A stretch of DNA of 54,511 bases from a bacterium (GTDB taxonomy: Bacteria > JACRDZ01 > JAQUKH01), in the NCBI GenBank assembly GCA_028719205.1, contig JAQUKH010000016.1, forward strand, positions 1-54,511. Reading direction: 5' to 3'. The notes below the pieces were generated by a model, which saw only the letters and a program-made list of their open reading frames with translations, was not told the DNA's origin and did not search any database. Of this stretch, positions 19,041-27,932 are shown piece after piece. The position numbers and the translations under genes are program-made. Position 1 is the first letter of the stretch. Each line of letters begins with the position of its first letter.

Positions 19041-21878
19041 ATGGTCTTTTTAAGATTAATAATATTACTATTAGCGGTTATCATCCCCTTTTCGGTATCT
19101 CTTGCCAATTGGTCAAAAGAAACAATCATAAGCGATAAGAATCTTAGGTCAACTAACCCCAGCATAACATCGGATAACAAAGGTAATATATACGCGGTTT
19201 GGCAAACTAACGGCGAAGAATCACAGGACATTTATTTTTCCAAATATGACGGCCGGTGGAGCCCGATCGACAAGATAACAGAATCCAAAGGCAAACCCCA
19301 AATGCCTGTAATAATATCAGATGTTTTTAACAATCTGCATTTGGTTTGGCAGGACAAGATCTCATCAAATTATAATATTTATTTTGAATCTTTTTACAAA
19401 AATTTTTCTAACGGATGGCTGAAAAACATAAAAGTATCGAGGGAAAACTCCCAGGCTGCTGATCCCGATATCGCGGCTGATAAGACCGGGAACATCCATG
19501 TTGTCTGGAAGGCTTTGGAAAATGATAATTATGAAATATATTACAAAAAATTTGATCCCGCTAAAGGCTGGGAACCTGATATAAAACTCACGAAAGGATC
19601 TGTATCTGCCGCGAGCCCGAAACTCGCGGTGGACAAATACAATAACCTGCACCTTGCCTGGCGGGATAACCGCGACGGCAACTATGAAATTTATTATAAA
19701 TATTTTGACGGAAAGAACTGGAGCGATGATTTCCGCATAACTAACGACCCCGCTTCATCGGAAAACCCTGAAATAGCGGTAGATAACTACCAGAATGTCC
19801 ATATTGTCTGGCGGGATAACAGGGATAAAACTTACGCGATATATTATAAAAAATGGAACGGTAAGATATGGGAACCCGATCAGAGGATCTCAAATATTAC
19901 TAACGCCTCCGCTTCAACAACTAATCCGGCTATCACTATAGATATTTTGGGGGTGATCCATGTTGTCTGGCAGGATAACAGGGATGGGAATTACGAGATC
20001 TATTACAAAAAATTCGACGGGAAATGGAGCGAAGATTCACGCGTTACAAATGATAAATTCAATTCATATAATCCCAAAATAATTTCCGATTCCGTGGCTA
20101 ACCTCCATCTGGTATGGTACAACCAGGAAAATGATTCATCTTATATCTACTACAAAAAATTCGTTTCCCCGAGGCCTTTGATCAAAGCGGTAAAAGATAC
20201 CAAAGTGAACAACGATACCGGCGCGGCAGGCCAGGCAGAAACGAGTTTAGCCATAAATACGTACGGGGAAACTTTTATATGCTGGGCCGATGTCAGGCTG
20301 GGTGAATTTAATTCAGATATTTACGCGCAATTTTACAACAATGATTTTATAAAAGCAGGGGACAACTTTCGCGTGAATAATGATAAAAAATCCGCTATCC
20401 AGGGGCATCCGCGCGTGTCTCTTTTTTCAAATGATTATTTTGGTGTTGTCTGGCAGGACGAAAGAAATGAAAACTCAGATATCTATTGCCAGGTTTATGA
20501 TGTCGGCTGTGAACCAAAAGGCGATAATTACAAAATTAATGATGACAAGGCAGGATCAGACCAGGATCAGCCGGATATTGCCGGGTTAAAAAATAAACCG
20601 GCGTTAGTTGTCTGGCGGGATGAAAGGGACGGACAGCTTGAAATTTACGGGCAAATATTAGATACTACAATCTCTTTTATAGGAAAAAATTTTAAAATCA
20701 CCCAGTCACCAAAAAAAATGTATTGCCGGTGGCCGACGGTTTCCGCTTCCGGCCGCGAATTCTATATAGCTGCCTGGGCGGATAACCGCGGAGGAAATTG
20801 GGACATATACGGGCAGAAAATACAAGCTGACGGTAAATTAACAGGAAAAAATTTTAAAATAAATGAAATATCAACAGAAAATTGCAATCACCCGTCTGTC
20901 GCGTGCGACCTGAACGGTAATTTTCTTGTTACCTGGTGGTCAAGCGGAAAAGGGAACACAGTTGTTGTTTACGCGCAATTTTTTGATGAAAACAGCAAAC
21001 CTGTCGGCAAGAATTTTCTGGTCGGTGATACTAATAACGGAGATATCAAACAAATTGATCCTGTAACTGACATTGATACGAATGGAAATTCCGTTATAGC
21101 ATGGCTGGATTACCGCAATGGAGATCCTGATATTTACGCTCAGAGATATGATCCGAAAGGAACAAACATAAATTACAATTTTCAGGTAAATGATTATACA
21201 ATAGAACAAACTCTAATTAAAACCGGCTCAACACCTATCTATGAAGGAATTATCCAAAATGAACCGGAAGTAAAATTTCAGCAAAAAGGAAATATTGTTT
21301 TTACATGGGTAGACCACCGTTTGGGCAATCCTGATATCTTCGCCTGCCGTTTTGAACCTGTAAATATGCTGCCGATAGCCGATCCCGGTTCAGATCTCAT
21401 GTGGGAGGTAAATATGCCGGTTACTCTGGATGGTTCAGCCAGCCGCGACCCTGACGGAGACACTATCGTAAGTTATTCATGGATCCAAACCGCCGGGCCC
21501 GCGGTTACGCTTGAAAATCCGCAGTCTTCCAGGCCGGGTTTTACACCAAAAGCAGTCGGACAATACACATTTAAACTTATAGTCAATGACGGCCTTATAA
21601 ACAGCGAACCCGCGCTGGTCAATATCACAGCCGTGGATAATACTCCTCCAACTATCACAATTGAAAACATTTATCCGGTGAATAAAGAAAATATCCAGCC
21701 TATAATTAAGATTGATGACAATTCAAATCTGCCTGTCGACATAACAATTACATTGGATGAAGGGTCTTATACGCCGGGAACAATGATCAGCGCAAAAGGC
21801 AACCATATACTGGATGTAATCGCGGTTGACAAATGCGGGAACACTTCCTATAAGCAGATAAAGTTCAGTATTGAATAA
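19041..21878 (+). CDS. Large secreted protein: two beta-propeller-like repeat blocks plus PKD/Ig-like domain
   Basis: Signal peptide; repeats of P.I..D..N.H.VW.DNRDGNYEIYYK, then repeats of VW.D.R....DIY.Q; PKD-type PIADPG..VTLDGSASRDPDGD..SYSW. Confidence 0.75.
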   Translation: MVFLRLIILLLAVIIPFSVSLANWSKETIISDKNLRSTNPSITSDNKGNIYAVWQTNGEESQDIYFSKYDGRWSPIDKITESKGKPQMPVIISDVFNNLHLVWQDKISSNYNIYFESFYKNFSNGWLKNIKVSRENSQAADPDIAADKTGNIHVVWKALENDNYEIYYKKFDPAKGWEPDIKLTKGSVSAASPKLAVDKYNNLHLAWRDNRDGNYEIYYKYFDGKNWSDDFRITNDPASSENPEIAVDNYQNVHIVWRDNRDKTYAIYYKKWNGKIWEPDQRISNITNASASTTNPAITIDILGVIHVVWQDNRDGNYEIYYKKFDGKWSEDSRVTNDKFNSYNPKIISDSVANLHLVWYNQENDSSYIYYKKFVSPRPLIKAVKDTKVNNDTGAAGQAETSLAINTYGETFICWADVRLGEFNSDIYAQFYNNDFIKAGDNFRVNNDKKSAIQGHPRVSLFSNDYFGVVWQDERNENSDIYCQVYDVGCEPKGDNYKINDDKAGSDQDQPDIAGLKNKPALVVWRDERDGQLEIYGQILDTTISFIGKNFKITQSPKKMYCRWPTVSASGREFYIAAWADNRGGNWDIYGQKIQADGKLTGKNFKINEISTENCNHPSVACDLNGNFLVTWWSSGKGNTVVVYAQFFDENSKPVGKNFLVGDTNNGDIKQIDPVTDIDTNGNSVIAWLDYRNGDPDIYAQRYDPKGTNINYNFQVNDYTIEQTLIKTGSTPIYEGIIQNEPEVKFQQKGNIVFTWVDHRLGNPDIFACRFEPVNMLPIADPGSDLMWEVNMPVTLDGSASRDPDGDTIVSYSWIQTAGPAVTLENPQSSRPGFTPKAVGQYTFKLIVNDGLINSEPALVNITAVDNTPPTITIENIYPVNKENIQPIIKIDDNSNLPVDITITLDEGSYTPGTMISAKGNHILDVIAVDKCGNTSYKQIKFSIE

Positions 21879-21883
21879 TTTTT

Positions 21884-21958
21884 TTAGAACCAGATATTGA
21901 AAGCAATTAAAAGAATAAATACGACCGCGATACCTACTTTTGACATAATCTTATCCAT
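21884..21958 (-). CDS. Unannotated 24-aa single-TM peptide MDKIMSKVGIAVVFILLIAFNIWF
   Basis: Hand-translated; SD AAGGAG 6 nt before ATG; one hydrophobic helix; below the ORF-track cutoff. Confidence 0.6.
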   Translation of the reverse strand: MDKIMSKVGIAVVFILLIAFNIWF

Positions 21959-22281
21959 AAGAAGCTCCTTTTTAGATTTTTATGTTTTTGCCGGCAAAAA
22001 TAATAAGTTCTCCGATACAAACTAAAAACCTCCTTCCTTTAAAAACCAGGCTGACTCTCTACAGTTTCAAAGGCTAATGCTTTAAGTGATTTCTTACTGG
22101 ATTGTGTCTGACAATGTTAAAATGCCGTCTTTGGATTGGATTTTACGCGTTCATCCTTTTCAGAGATTTTCGAGGCGCATAAGAATACCTCATAATAACA
22201 CAAATAAGCAGCCGCAAGTATTTTATTTTAAAATTGGTGAAAATTATTGTACTCGAAAAAAAACGTCTCGGATACGGAATA

Positions 22282-22455
22282 CTACTTCCTCGGGAAATTA
22301 TTAATACCCTTTGTTATTTGTTCCAGATTGACCAACATCCTAAACGCGACGCATTGCCCTTTTTCTGAGAACGTGTCGGTCATAATATACCACGCGCAAT
22401 TATTATCACATGAGAACTCACGGTTTATCGGGCATTTCTTTTCTGCTTTGTTCAT
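22282..22455 (-). CDS. Unannotated 57-aa four-Cys protein
   Basis: MNKAEKKCPINREFSCDNNCAWYIMTDTFSEKGQCVAFRMLVNLEQITKGINNFPRK; SD AAGGAAGG 6 nt before ATG. Confidence 0.65.
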   Translation of the reverse strand: MNKAEKKCPINREFSCDNNCAWYIMTDTFSEKGQCVAFRMLVNLEQITKGINNFPRK

Positions 22456-22551
22456 ATTTTACCTTCCTTTTTTTATTTATTTAAGAGTACCGCAATTAAT
22501 TATATCAAATATTTATATCAAGAATAGATGAATTGATGGTGGGATTTTATT

Positions 22552-22589
22552 GTAGGGGCAGGTTCTAAACCTGCCCTCTTGATCTGTTT
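22552..22589 (+). repeat. GTAG-type REP-like palindrome, copy 1
   Basis: GTAG-GGGCAGGTT-CTA-AACCTGCCC-T-CTTGATCTGTTT. Confidence 0.75.
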
Positions 22590-22620
22590 GTTTTTTTGTT
22601 AATAGTTATGAAACACCGGA

Positions 22621-22648
22621 CTCCATGCCCCATGCTCTATGCGCCATG
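22621..22648. repeat. 7-bp tandem array, 4 units
   Basis: CTCCATG CCCCATG CTCTATG CGCCATG. Confidence 0.7.
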
Positions 22649-23062
22649 CTTTTTTACATCTGCGCTTTTACAGTCTTTTACCCATTTCATCTCACTAAGA
22701 TATTCATATTTACCGCCGCATTTGCACGACATTTTACAATCATCTAGTTTTACATTTTCGCATTTAGGGCAAATAAGAGACGGCCTGAAGGTGAATAGCG
22801 GGCGTTTCATAATTAATTGCCACGCATATAAGCCTAAAAATAGAAAAAATGTAACGACGAAAATATCAGATAACCAATGTAATAAAAACACATCCAACGG
22901 CATCATATTTTTAATATTATTACCGTATCCGGTTAATGTTAGTACAGACATAAGTAAAAATGCAATAAGAGAGCAGAACAAAGGCCATTTAAGACTCTTA
23001 TATTTTCTTTCTCTTTCTTTTCTATCCTTCTCGATCTCTTCATTACTCATACGGATCCACAT
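22637..23062 (-). CDS. Two-TM membrane protein with C-terminal Zn-ribbon
   Basis: Two hydrophobic segments then CPKC..CKCGG..E; GGAGG upstream; exact start uncertain. Confidence 0.65.
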   Translation of the reverse strand: MWIRMSNEEIEKDRKERERKYKSLKWPLFCSLIAFLLMSVLTLTGYGNNIKNMMPLDVFLLHWLSDIFVVTFFLFLGLYAWQLIMKRPLFTFRPSLICPKCENVKLDDCKMSCKCGGKYEYLSEMKWVKDCKSADVKKHGA

Positions 23063-23200
23063 ATAACTGATTTATCCTCCATTTTCCAACTTCCGCGCTT
23101 CCAAGCTGTATTATTTCTTAAAGAGCGTTTTTAAATTATATCAAAGATTTGGATTGGTATTAGGGAAATTAAACAATAATATTTTGGTGGGTGCATTTTA

Positions 23201-23236
23201 TTAAAATGGTTAAAACGGATTGAACAGTAATTAATT
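23201..23236. repeat. Degenerate 9-bp tandem array
   Basis: TTAAAATGG TTAAAACGG ATTGAACAG TAATTAATT. Confidence 0.5.
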
Positions 23237-23264
23237 CACACTAGAAAACAACGTGGACATTACG

Positions 23265-23513
23265 CTAAATTATTGTGATTACGGTTGGTATTTTTTTCAG
23301 CTTATTGAATATTTCATTTCTTTTTTCTTCGCTTTCGACGGTCACTGTCAAACTAAACGAAGTATATTTACCGGTCTTGCTTTTATTACTAGTACAAAAC
23401 TTATAACTTTCATTCCCCATGATTGACGGCATGGCCTTTTCTACAACATCTCCTTCAAAACCGATGATCTTGTAAGTCCATTCGCAGGGATAATCTATTT
23501 TTGGTTTTTCCAT
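23265..23513 (-). CDS. DUF493/YbeD family protein
   Basis: IDYPCEWTYKIIG..SKTGKYTS; start moved to the ATG at 23513 because TTGCGT-17-TATACT (23552-23524) lies just upstream. Confidence 0.85.
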   Translation of the reverse strand: MEKPKIDYPCEWTYKIIGFEGDVVEKAMPSIMGNESYKFCTSNKSKTGKYTSFSLTVTVESEEKRNEIFNKLKKIPTVITII

Positions 23514-23576
23514 ATGATAGAACAGTATACCAAATATATTTTTACAACGCAATGTCTCAACAATTTTGTTTTATCG

Positions 23577-23623
23577 GTTCAAATCAGTTTAAATTGTTCA
23601 GACGGTTTAAATGGTAATTAATT
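23577..23623. repeat. Degenerate 9-bp tandem array
   Basis: GTTCAAATCA GTTTAAATT GTTCAGACG GTTTAAATG GTAATTAATT. Confidence 0.55.
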
Positions 23624-23700
23624 AAATATAGCAATAACATCCCAAATAGTTAGTATCACTGGGAACCAACGTTTCTGACACAAATAAAAAGATTTTTCTT

Positions 23701-23739
23701 GTAGGGGCGACCCTATGTGGTCGCCCGCTTGATCTGTTT
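23701..23739 (+). repeat. GTAG-type REP-like palindrome, copy 2
   Basis: GTAG-GGGCGACC-CTATGT-GGTCGCCC-G-CTTGATCTGTTT. Confidence 0.78.
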
Positions 23740-24066
23740 ATTTCTATTTTTTCTCCCAAATAATTTAGGGAAAGGATCCCACATGTCACGATACGCGTAT
23801 ACATATTCCACTGCGACATGTTTATCTATTCCATAATAATATCTACAAAGTTTTCTATACAATTCAACCATGTTTTTATCAAAACAAAAACCCAGCATTC
23901 CATCAAGGGTACATTCAATACGATGTTTATCACTACAATCAGAAACAATAATCGAATTTACTTCCTGCGAATAAAAAGTTTCAGCTTTCACCGCAAGCTT
24001 ATGAATGCCATTCGCTAAATTTCTGATATTATTAACAAATTTGGTATTCAATTTTTTTAATGCCAT
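23713..24066 (-). CDS. Hypothetical helical protein at the end of the R-M locus
   Basis: IECTLDGMLGFC..LYRKLCRYYY.ID...YVYAYRDMWD; likely start MALKK 8 nt after the previous stop; stop codon lies in the REP loop. Confidence 0.65.
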   Translation of the reverse strand: MALKKLNTKFVNNIRNLANGIHKLAVKAETFYSQEVNSIIVSDCSDKHRIECTLDGMLGFCFDKNMVELYRKLCRYYYGIDKHVAVEYVYAYRDMWDPFPKLFGRKNRNKQIKRATT

Positions 24067-24073
24067 TATAATC

Positions 24074-24799
24074 CTAAAAACAATATTTAAAACCCTCTTT
24101 ACGAAGCCGTTCACGGCGAATTTCATAATCAGGAATAATTGTACCAAGAATTTTCCAAAAATCTTTTGAATGGTTTACATGTTTCAAGTGGCAAAGTTCA
24201 TGAACTACAATATAATCAATTAACGATATTGGAGCCATAATTATATGCCAATTAAAACGGATACAACCTTTATGATTGCAGCTTCCCCATCGCTTGCTTT
24301 GATTAGCAAGAATTATTTCCGGTACAATCAGTTTTAATTTTTTTGCATATATTTTTACTCTTTTAGCCAAAATTATTTTTGCATGTTTTTTGTACCAATG
24401 TATAAGCTTATTTCTAACCTCGGCTATCGTATTTAAATCACTATTGAGATTAACTAAAAATCTTCCACCTTTCACGGTAATATCTGACTTATTTTTAGAC
24501 TTCAATATTCTCAGCCGTATTTGCCTCCCCAAATATAAAAAAGTTTCACCGGTAATAAATTCTCTTTTTGGCAAATTCTCCATAACTTCATTTATTCGGC
24601 GTTGTTTATCCAAAATCCACGCGGCTTTGGAATGTATCAATTTTGAAAGGAACTTAATAGTTGGTTTTAGGGGTGTCCTCAAAAATACTCCTTCAACCGG
24701 ATCAACAAAAATACTTATGGTTTTTCTTTTTTTACTGCGTTTAACAAAGAAGTTGATTTTTCTTTTGCCAAATAAAACTGTTCCCTTTTCTACTATCAT
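24074..24799 (-). CDS. YgjP/DUF45 (M48/SprT-like) metal-dependent hydrolase
   Basis: GETFLYLGR, RWGSC, IDYIVVHELCH..NHSKDFW; usual position after hsdR. Confidence 0.88.
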   Translation of the reverse strand: MIVEKGTVLFGKRKINFFVKRSKKRKTISIFVDPVEGVFLRTPLKPTIKFLSKLIHSKAAWILDKQRRINEVMENLPKREFITGETFLYLGRQIRLRILKSKNKSDITVKGGRFLVNLNSDLNTIAEVRNKLIHWYKKHAKIILAKRVKIYAKKLKLIVPEIILANQSKRWGSCNHKGCIRFNWHIIMAPISLIDYIVVHELCHLKHVNHSKDFWKILGTIIPDYEIRRERLRKEGFKYCF

Positions 24800-27700
24800 T
24801 TTGCAAGCCTCACTCTTGCCAATTCCATAATCTTAGCTGTCAAAATTTCAATTTCTTCAAATTGATAACCTTTTTCCCTTAAAATTCCTTTTATCTGTTT
24901 TCGCATTTCACGCTGTACATCATCTTTATGAATCCAATCTATAACTGCTAATTTTTTCAGCGATTCAAATATAAAATGCGTCAATTCCTTATTATTATCC
25001 TTTTTATAATTATATTCTGAAGCATCTTCTTGAAAATTGTCTTCATTTGAGTCTTCGTCAGATTTTGTTGCAGGAATATTGCTCACAATAGCCCTGTTAT
25101 TTTCTTTAAGAATTTTATATAAAGCATATTCCGCTTCAGAAAAACCGAGAGAGCCTGCAATTTTTCCAACATTCTGAATTTCACTTACCAAGAACTGTAA
25201 ATGTTTTAATTCTTCAATTGCGTTTAACCGTTCCTGTTTTCTTTCATCAATAATCTGCTCAAGGCGTTCTTTAATTGACTGATAAAAAACCGGATTTTCT
25301 TCTGAATGTATATGTATTTCATAACGAATGGCATGTTCTATCTCGCTTGCCTTTGCTTCAGGTGTTGTCAATGCTTCAACTACCTCGTCAAATTTTTTAG
25401 AGAAAATTGACACCGGTTCCAATAGCTTCTGAATTCCATTTGTTTTTATATGATCTTCAATAAGCTCGCGCACTTTTGCACCGCAGCTTGATAAATCTAA
25501 AGTTGAATCTCTAAAACGGTTCTTCGCGGCATTTCTTACTTTGCCGAGCCATTTTAAATCCGCGCTATATCGTAAAGCTGACGGATCAGGCAAAACCATG
25601 TCCATACTTTGTGAAAAACGCCTGAAGGCAACATCAAAATCGTATCTTATGTCTTCCGGCTCTAATATTTTTATACACGCCTCGAGGTCGGATTTATCCA
25701 CCCTGTCAAAGAACCGCATAGCCGATCGATGCCTCGCTTCAAGACGAGGAAGCTCATCAGTCTTAAGATTAAGCGCACCAATTATATCCGCGGGCTGAAA
25801 CACCGCGAGCGCTTCCTGTAATTCCCTGGATATTCCCCAATAATCAACCACAAGGCCATAATCTTTTTTGTCCGCTGTCCTGTTAACACGGGCAATAGCC
25901 TGTAAAAGCGTATGGTCTTTTAACGGCCTATCGATATACATAACTTGTTCAACAGGCGCATCAAATCCGGTTAAAAGCTTATCGCAAACAACAATAATGG
26001 CTAATTTTTCTGCCGAATCTTCTTTAAAACTTCTAATAATTTCTTTTTCCTCTGCCTGTGTCTTATGGTGTTTTTTAAGACGCATCGGATCGTTATTACT
26101 ACCTGATATTAAAATCGCTGATGGCGGCGCGTTTAATTTATCAAGTATTTCTTTATAAATAATTGCCGCCTCCCGGCTCGAAGTAACAATCTGGGCTTTA
26201 AACCCGTTTGGCATAATGAATTTCTCATAATGTTCAATGATATCAAGACATATTGTTTCTATTCTTGTAGAAGCAAGCCCGATAATTTCTTCTGTTATAT
26301 ATTTTTTCTTAATTTCCTCACGTTCATTTTCGCTATAATCTTGAAAATACCTGTCAAAAATAACATCCAGATTCTCGCCCTGCACATGAACATCTGGAAG
26401 CCTGCCTTCATAAAATATTGGAACAGTTGCTTCATCCTGAACAGCCTGTTCAATGGTATAAGTGTGGATATATGGGCCAAACGTCTGGATAGTACTGCGG
26501 TCGTTTTTATCTATTGGTGTTCCGGTAAATCCTAAAAAACACGCGTTCGGCAATACTTGCCTCATATTAGCCGCCAAATTTTTATATTGTGTCCTGTGCG
26601 CCTCATCAACCAGAACAAAAACATTTTCATCCTGAAGGGGTAAATCCCCGTGCCCGCCCTGATCTTCAGTTAATTCCTTGAATTTCTGGATTGTGGTCAT
26701 TATAGCCTGGCCATTGCCTGCCCGAATTAATTCTCTAAGGTGTCTTACACCCTCCGCCTGAACAGGATTAGGAAAACCGCAACGTTGAAAAGTTCCGACG
26801 ATCTGGTTGTCAAGATCAATCCTATCGGTAACTATAATTAACATTGGATTTTCGAGTTCTTTACAGCGTTTTAATTTTACAGCAAGCCATAACATCGACA
26901 GCGACTTGCCTGAACCCTGTGTATGCCAGATAACACCTCCGCGTTCTTTTTTATTTTCAGCCTTAATAATCCGTTCCATAGCATTATTTACCGCTATGAA
27001 TTGTTGATATCTGGATATCTTTTTTTGAGTCCGCCCGTTTTCAACTTCAAAAACGATAAAATTACGGATAATATCTAAAATATTTTTCTTTTCAAATAAT
27101 CCATAAATAAGAATATCCTGTGAAAGAGGAGGTTTACCAAAAATACGGGAGGTATATTCTTTATTTAACACATCTAGGCTGATCGGATAAGGCTCCTTCC
27201 ATTCTGAAAAATGCCTGTAAGGCGCGCATATTGTAGCAAATTTTGCTTTCTGTCCGCAGGCCGCGATAAGAATCTGAACAGTTTCAAATAATCCAGGCAC
27301 GCCCCTGTTTTTGAATTCGTCTTTTAATTCTTGATATCTGGAGAGCTGTTCAATTGCTTTATTTATAGGTTCGTGAATTGTGGGGCTTTTACATTCAATA
27401 ACCGCCAAAGGTATCCCATTAATAAAAACCACTACATCGCAAATAATATTTTCTTTCGGCCCTGAAACTTTAAACTGCCGAGTTACAATAAATTCATTTT
27501 CCTCAGGATGTTCAAAATCTATAAAATAAACATTATGACTTTTTTTACCTTTCCCATCAATGTCCTGTTCAAGCGATAATCCATGCACCAGAGAAATATA
27601 AATCTTCTCGTTTGCTTCGATCAAACTGGACGCGGAAACATTAGTTATAGCCCTGACCGCCTTTTTAAGATTTTCATCAGAAAGCCAAGGATTAAGCTCT

Positions 27701-27858
27701 TCGAGCTTTTTTTCTAAGCGATGAACCAAAACAGTATCTCTCAAACTCTCCCGTTCCGCATCCAATTTCTCTGACACCACAAACGTATATCCGAGCTTTT
27801 CCAAAAATTCAACCGCCGGATTTTCAGATAAATTTATTTCATTCCAGTCTTGTGTCAT
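24796..27858 (-). CDS. hsdR: Type I restriction endonuclease subunit R
   Basis: Nuclease D..IECK, Walker A HTQGSGKS, DEAHR, GFTGTP, LLTGFDAP, QAIARVNR. Confidence 0.95.
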   Translation of the reverse strand: MTQDWNEINLSENPAVEFLEKLGYTFVVSEKLDAERESLRDTVLVHRLEKKLEELNPWLSDENLKKAVRAITNVSASSLIEANEKIYISLVHGLSLEQDIDGKGKKSHNVYFIDFEHPEENEFIVTRQFKVSGPKENIICDVVVFINGIPLAVIECKSPTIHEPINKAIEQLSRYQELKDEFKNRGVPGLFETVQILIAACGQKAKFATICAPYRHFSEWKEPYPISLDVLNKEYTSRIFGKPPLSQDILIYGLFEKKNILDIIRNFIVFEVENGRTQKKISRYQQFIAVNNAMERIIKAENKKERGGVIWHTQGSGKSLSMLWLAVKLKRCKELENPMLIIVTDRIDLDNQIVGTFQRCGFPNPVQAEGVRHLRELIRAGNGQAIMTTIQKFKELTEDQGGHGDLPLQDENVFVLVDEAHRTQYKNLAANMRQVLPNACFLGFTGTPIDKNDRSTIQTFGPYIHTYTIEQAVQDEATVPIFYEGRLPDVHVQGENLDVIFDRYFQDYSENEREEIKKKYITEEIIGLASTRIETICLDIIEHYEKFIMPNGFKAQIVTSSREAAIIYKEILDKLNAPPSAILISGSNNDPMRLKKHHKTQAEEKEIIRSFKEDSAEKLAIIVVCDKLLTGFDAPVEQVMYIDRPLKDHTLLQAIARVNRTADKKDYGLVVDYWGISRELQEALAVFQPADIIGALNLKTDELPRLEARHRSAMRFFDRVDKSDLEACIKILEPEDIRYDFDVAFRRFSQSMDMVLPDPSALRYSADLKWLGKVRNAAKNRFRDSTLDLSSCGAKVRELIEDHIKTNGIQKLLEPVSIFSKKFDEVVEALTTPEAKASEIEHAIRYEIHIHSEENPVFYQSIKERLEQIIDERKQERLNAIEELKHLQFLVSEIQNVGKIAGSLGFSEAEYALYKILKENNRAIVSNIPATKSDEDSNEDNFQEDASEYNYKKDNNKELTHFIFESLKKLAVIDWIHKDDVQREMRKQIKGILREKGYQFEEIEILTAKIMELARVRLAK

Positions 27859-27932
27859 TTTAATCCTTTTATTGTTTTTTCATCATCTCAAATAATTTCT
27901 TGCATATGCTGTATAAGTTTTTCAAATCACCT

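Noticed and set aside
22130-22180. GAAA-capped hairpin followed by GAACGC, faintly like a c-di-GMP-I (GEMM) riboswitch
   Set aside because: Lacks the GGCAAA and GACGCAAAG consensus and a matching second hairpin; an Infernal search would be needed to revive it
22086-23066. Plus-strand ORFs 22086-22304, 22247-22531 and 22596-23066
   Set aside because: No SD, non-ATG starts, and they overlap better-supported minus-strand genes or leaders
23514-23552. Longer TTG start of the DUF493 gene given in the ORF track
   Set aside because: This stretch is the TTGCGT-17-TATACT promoter; the family-like sequence begins at MEKPKIDYP
22541-23739. Integron attC array or CRISPR interpretation of the repeats
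   Set aside because: No GTTRRRY/RYYYAAC cores, no integrase or cas genes, and no regular repeat-spacer pattern
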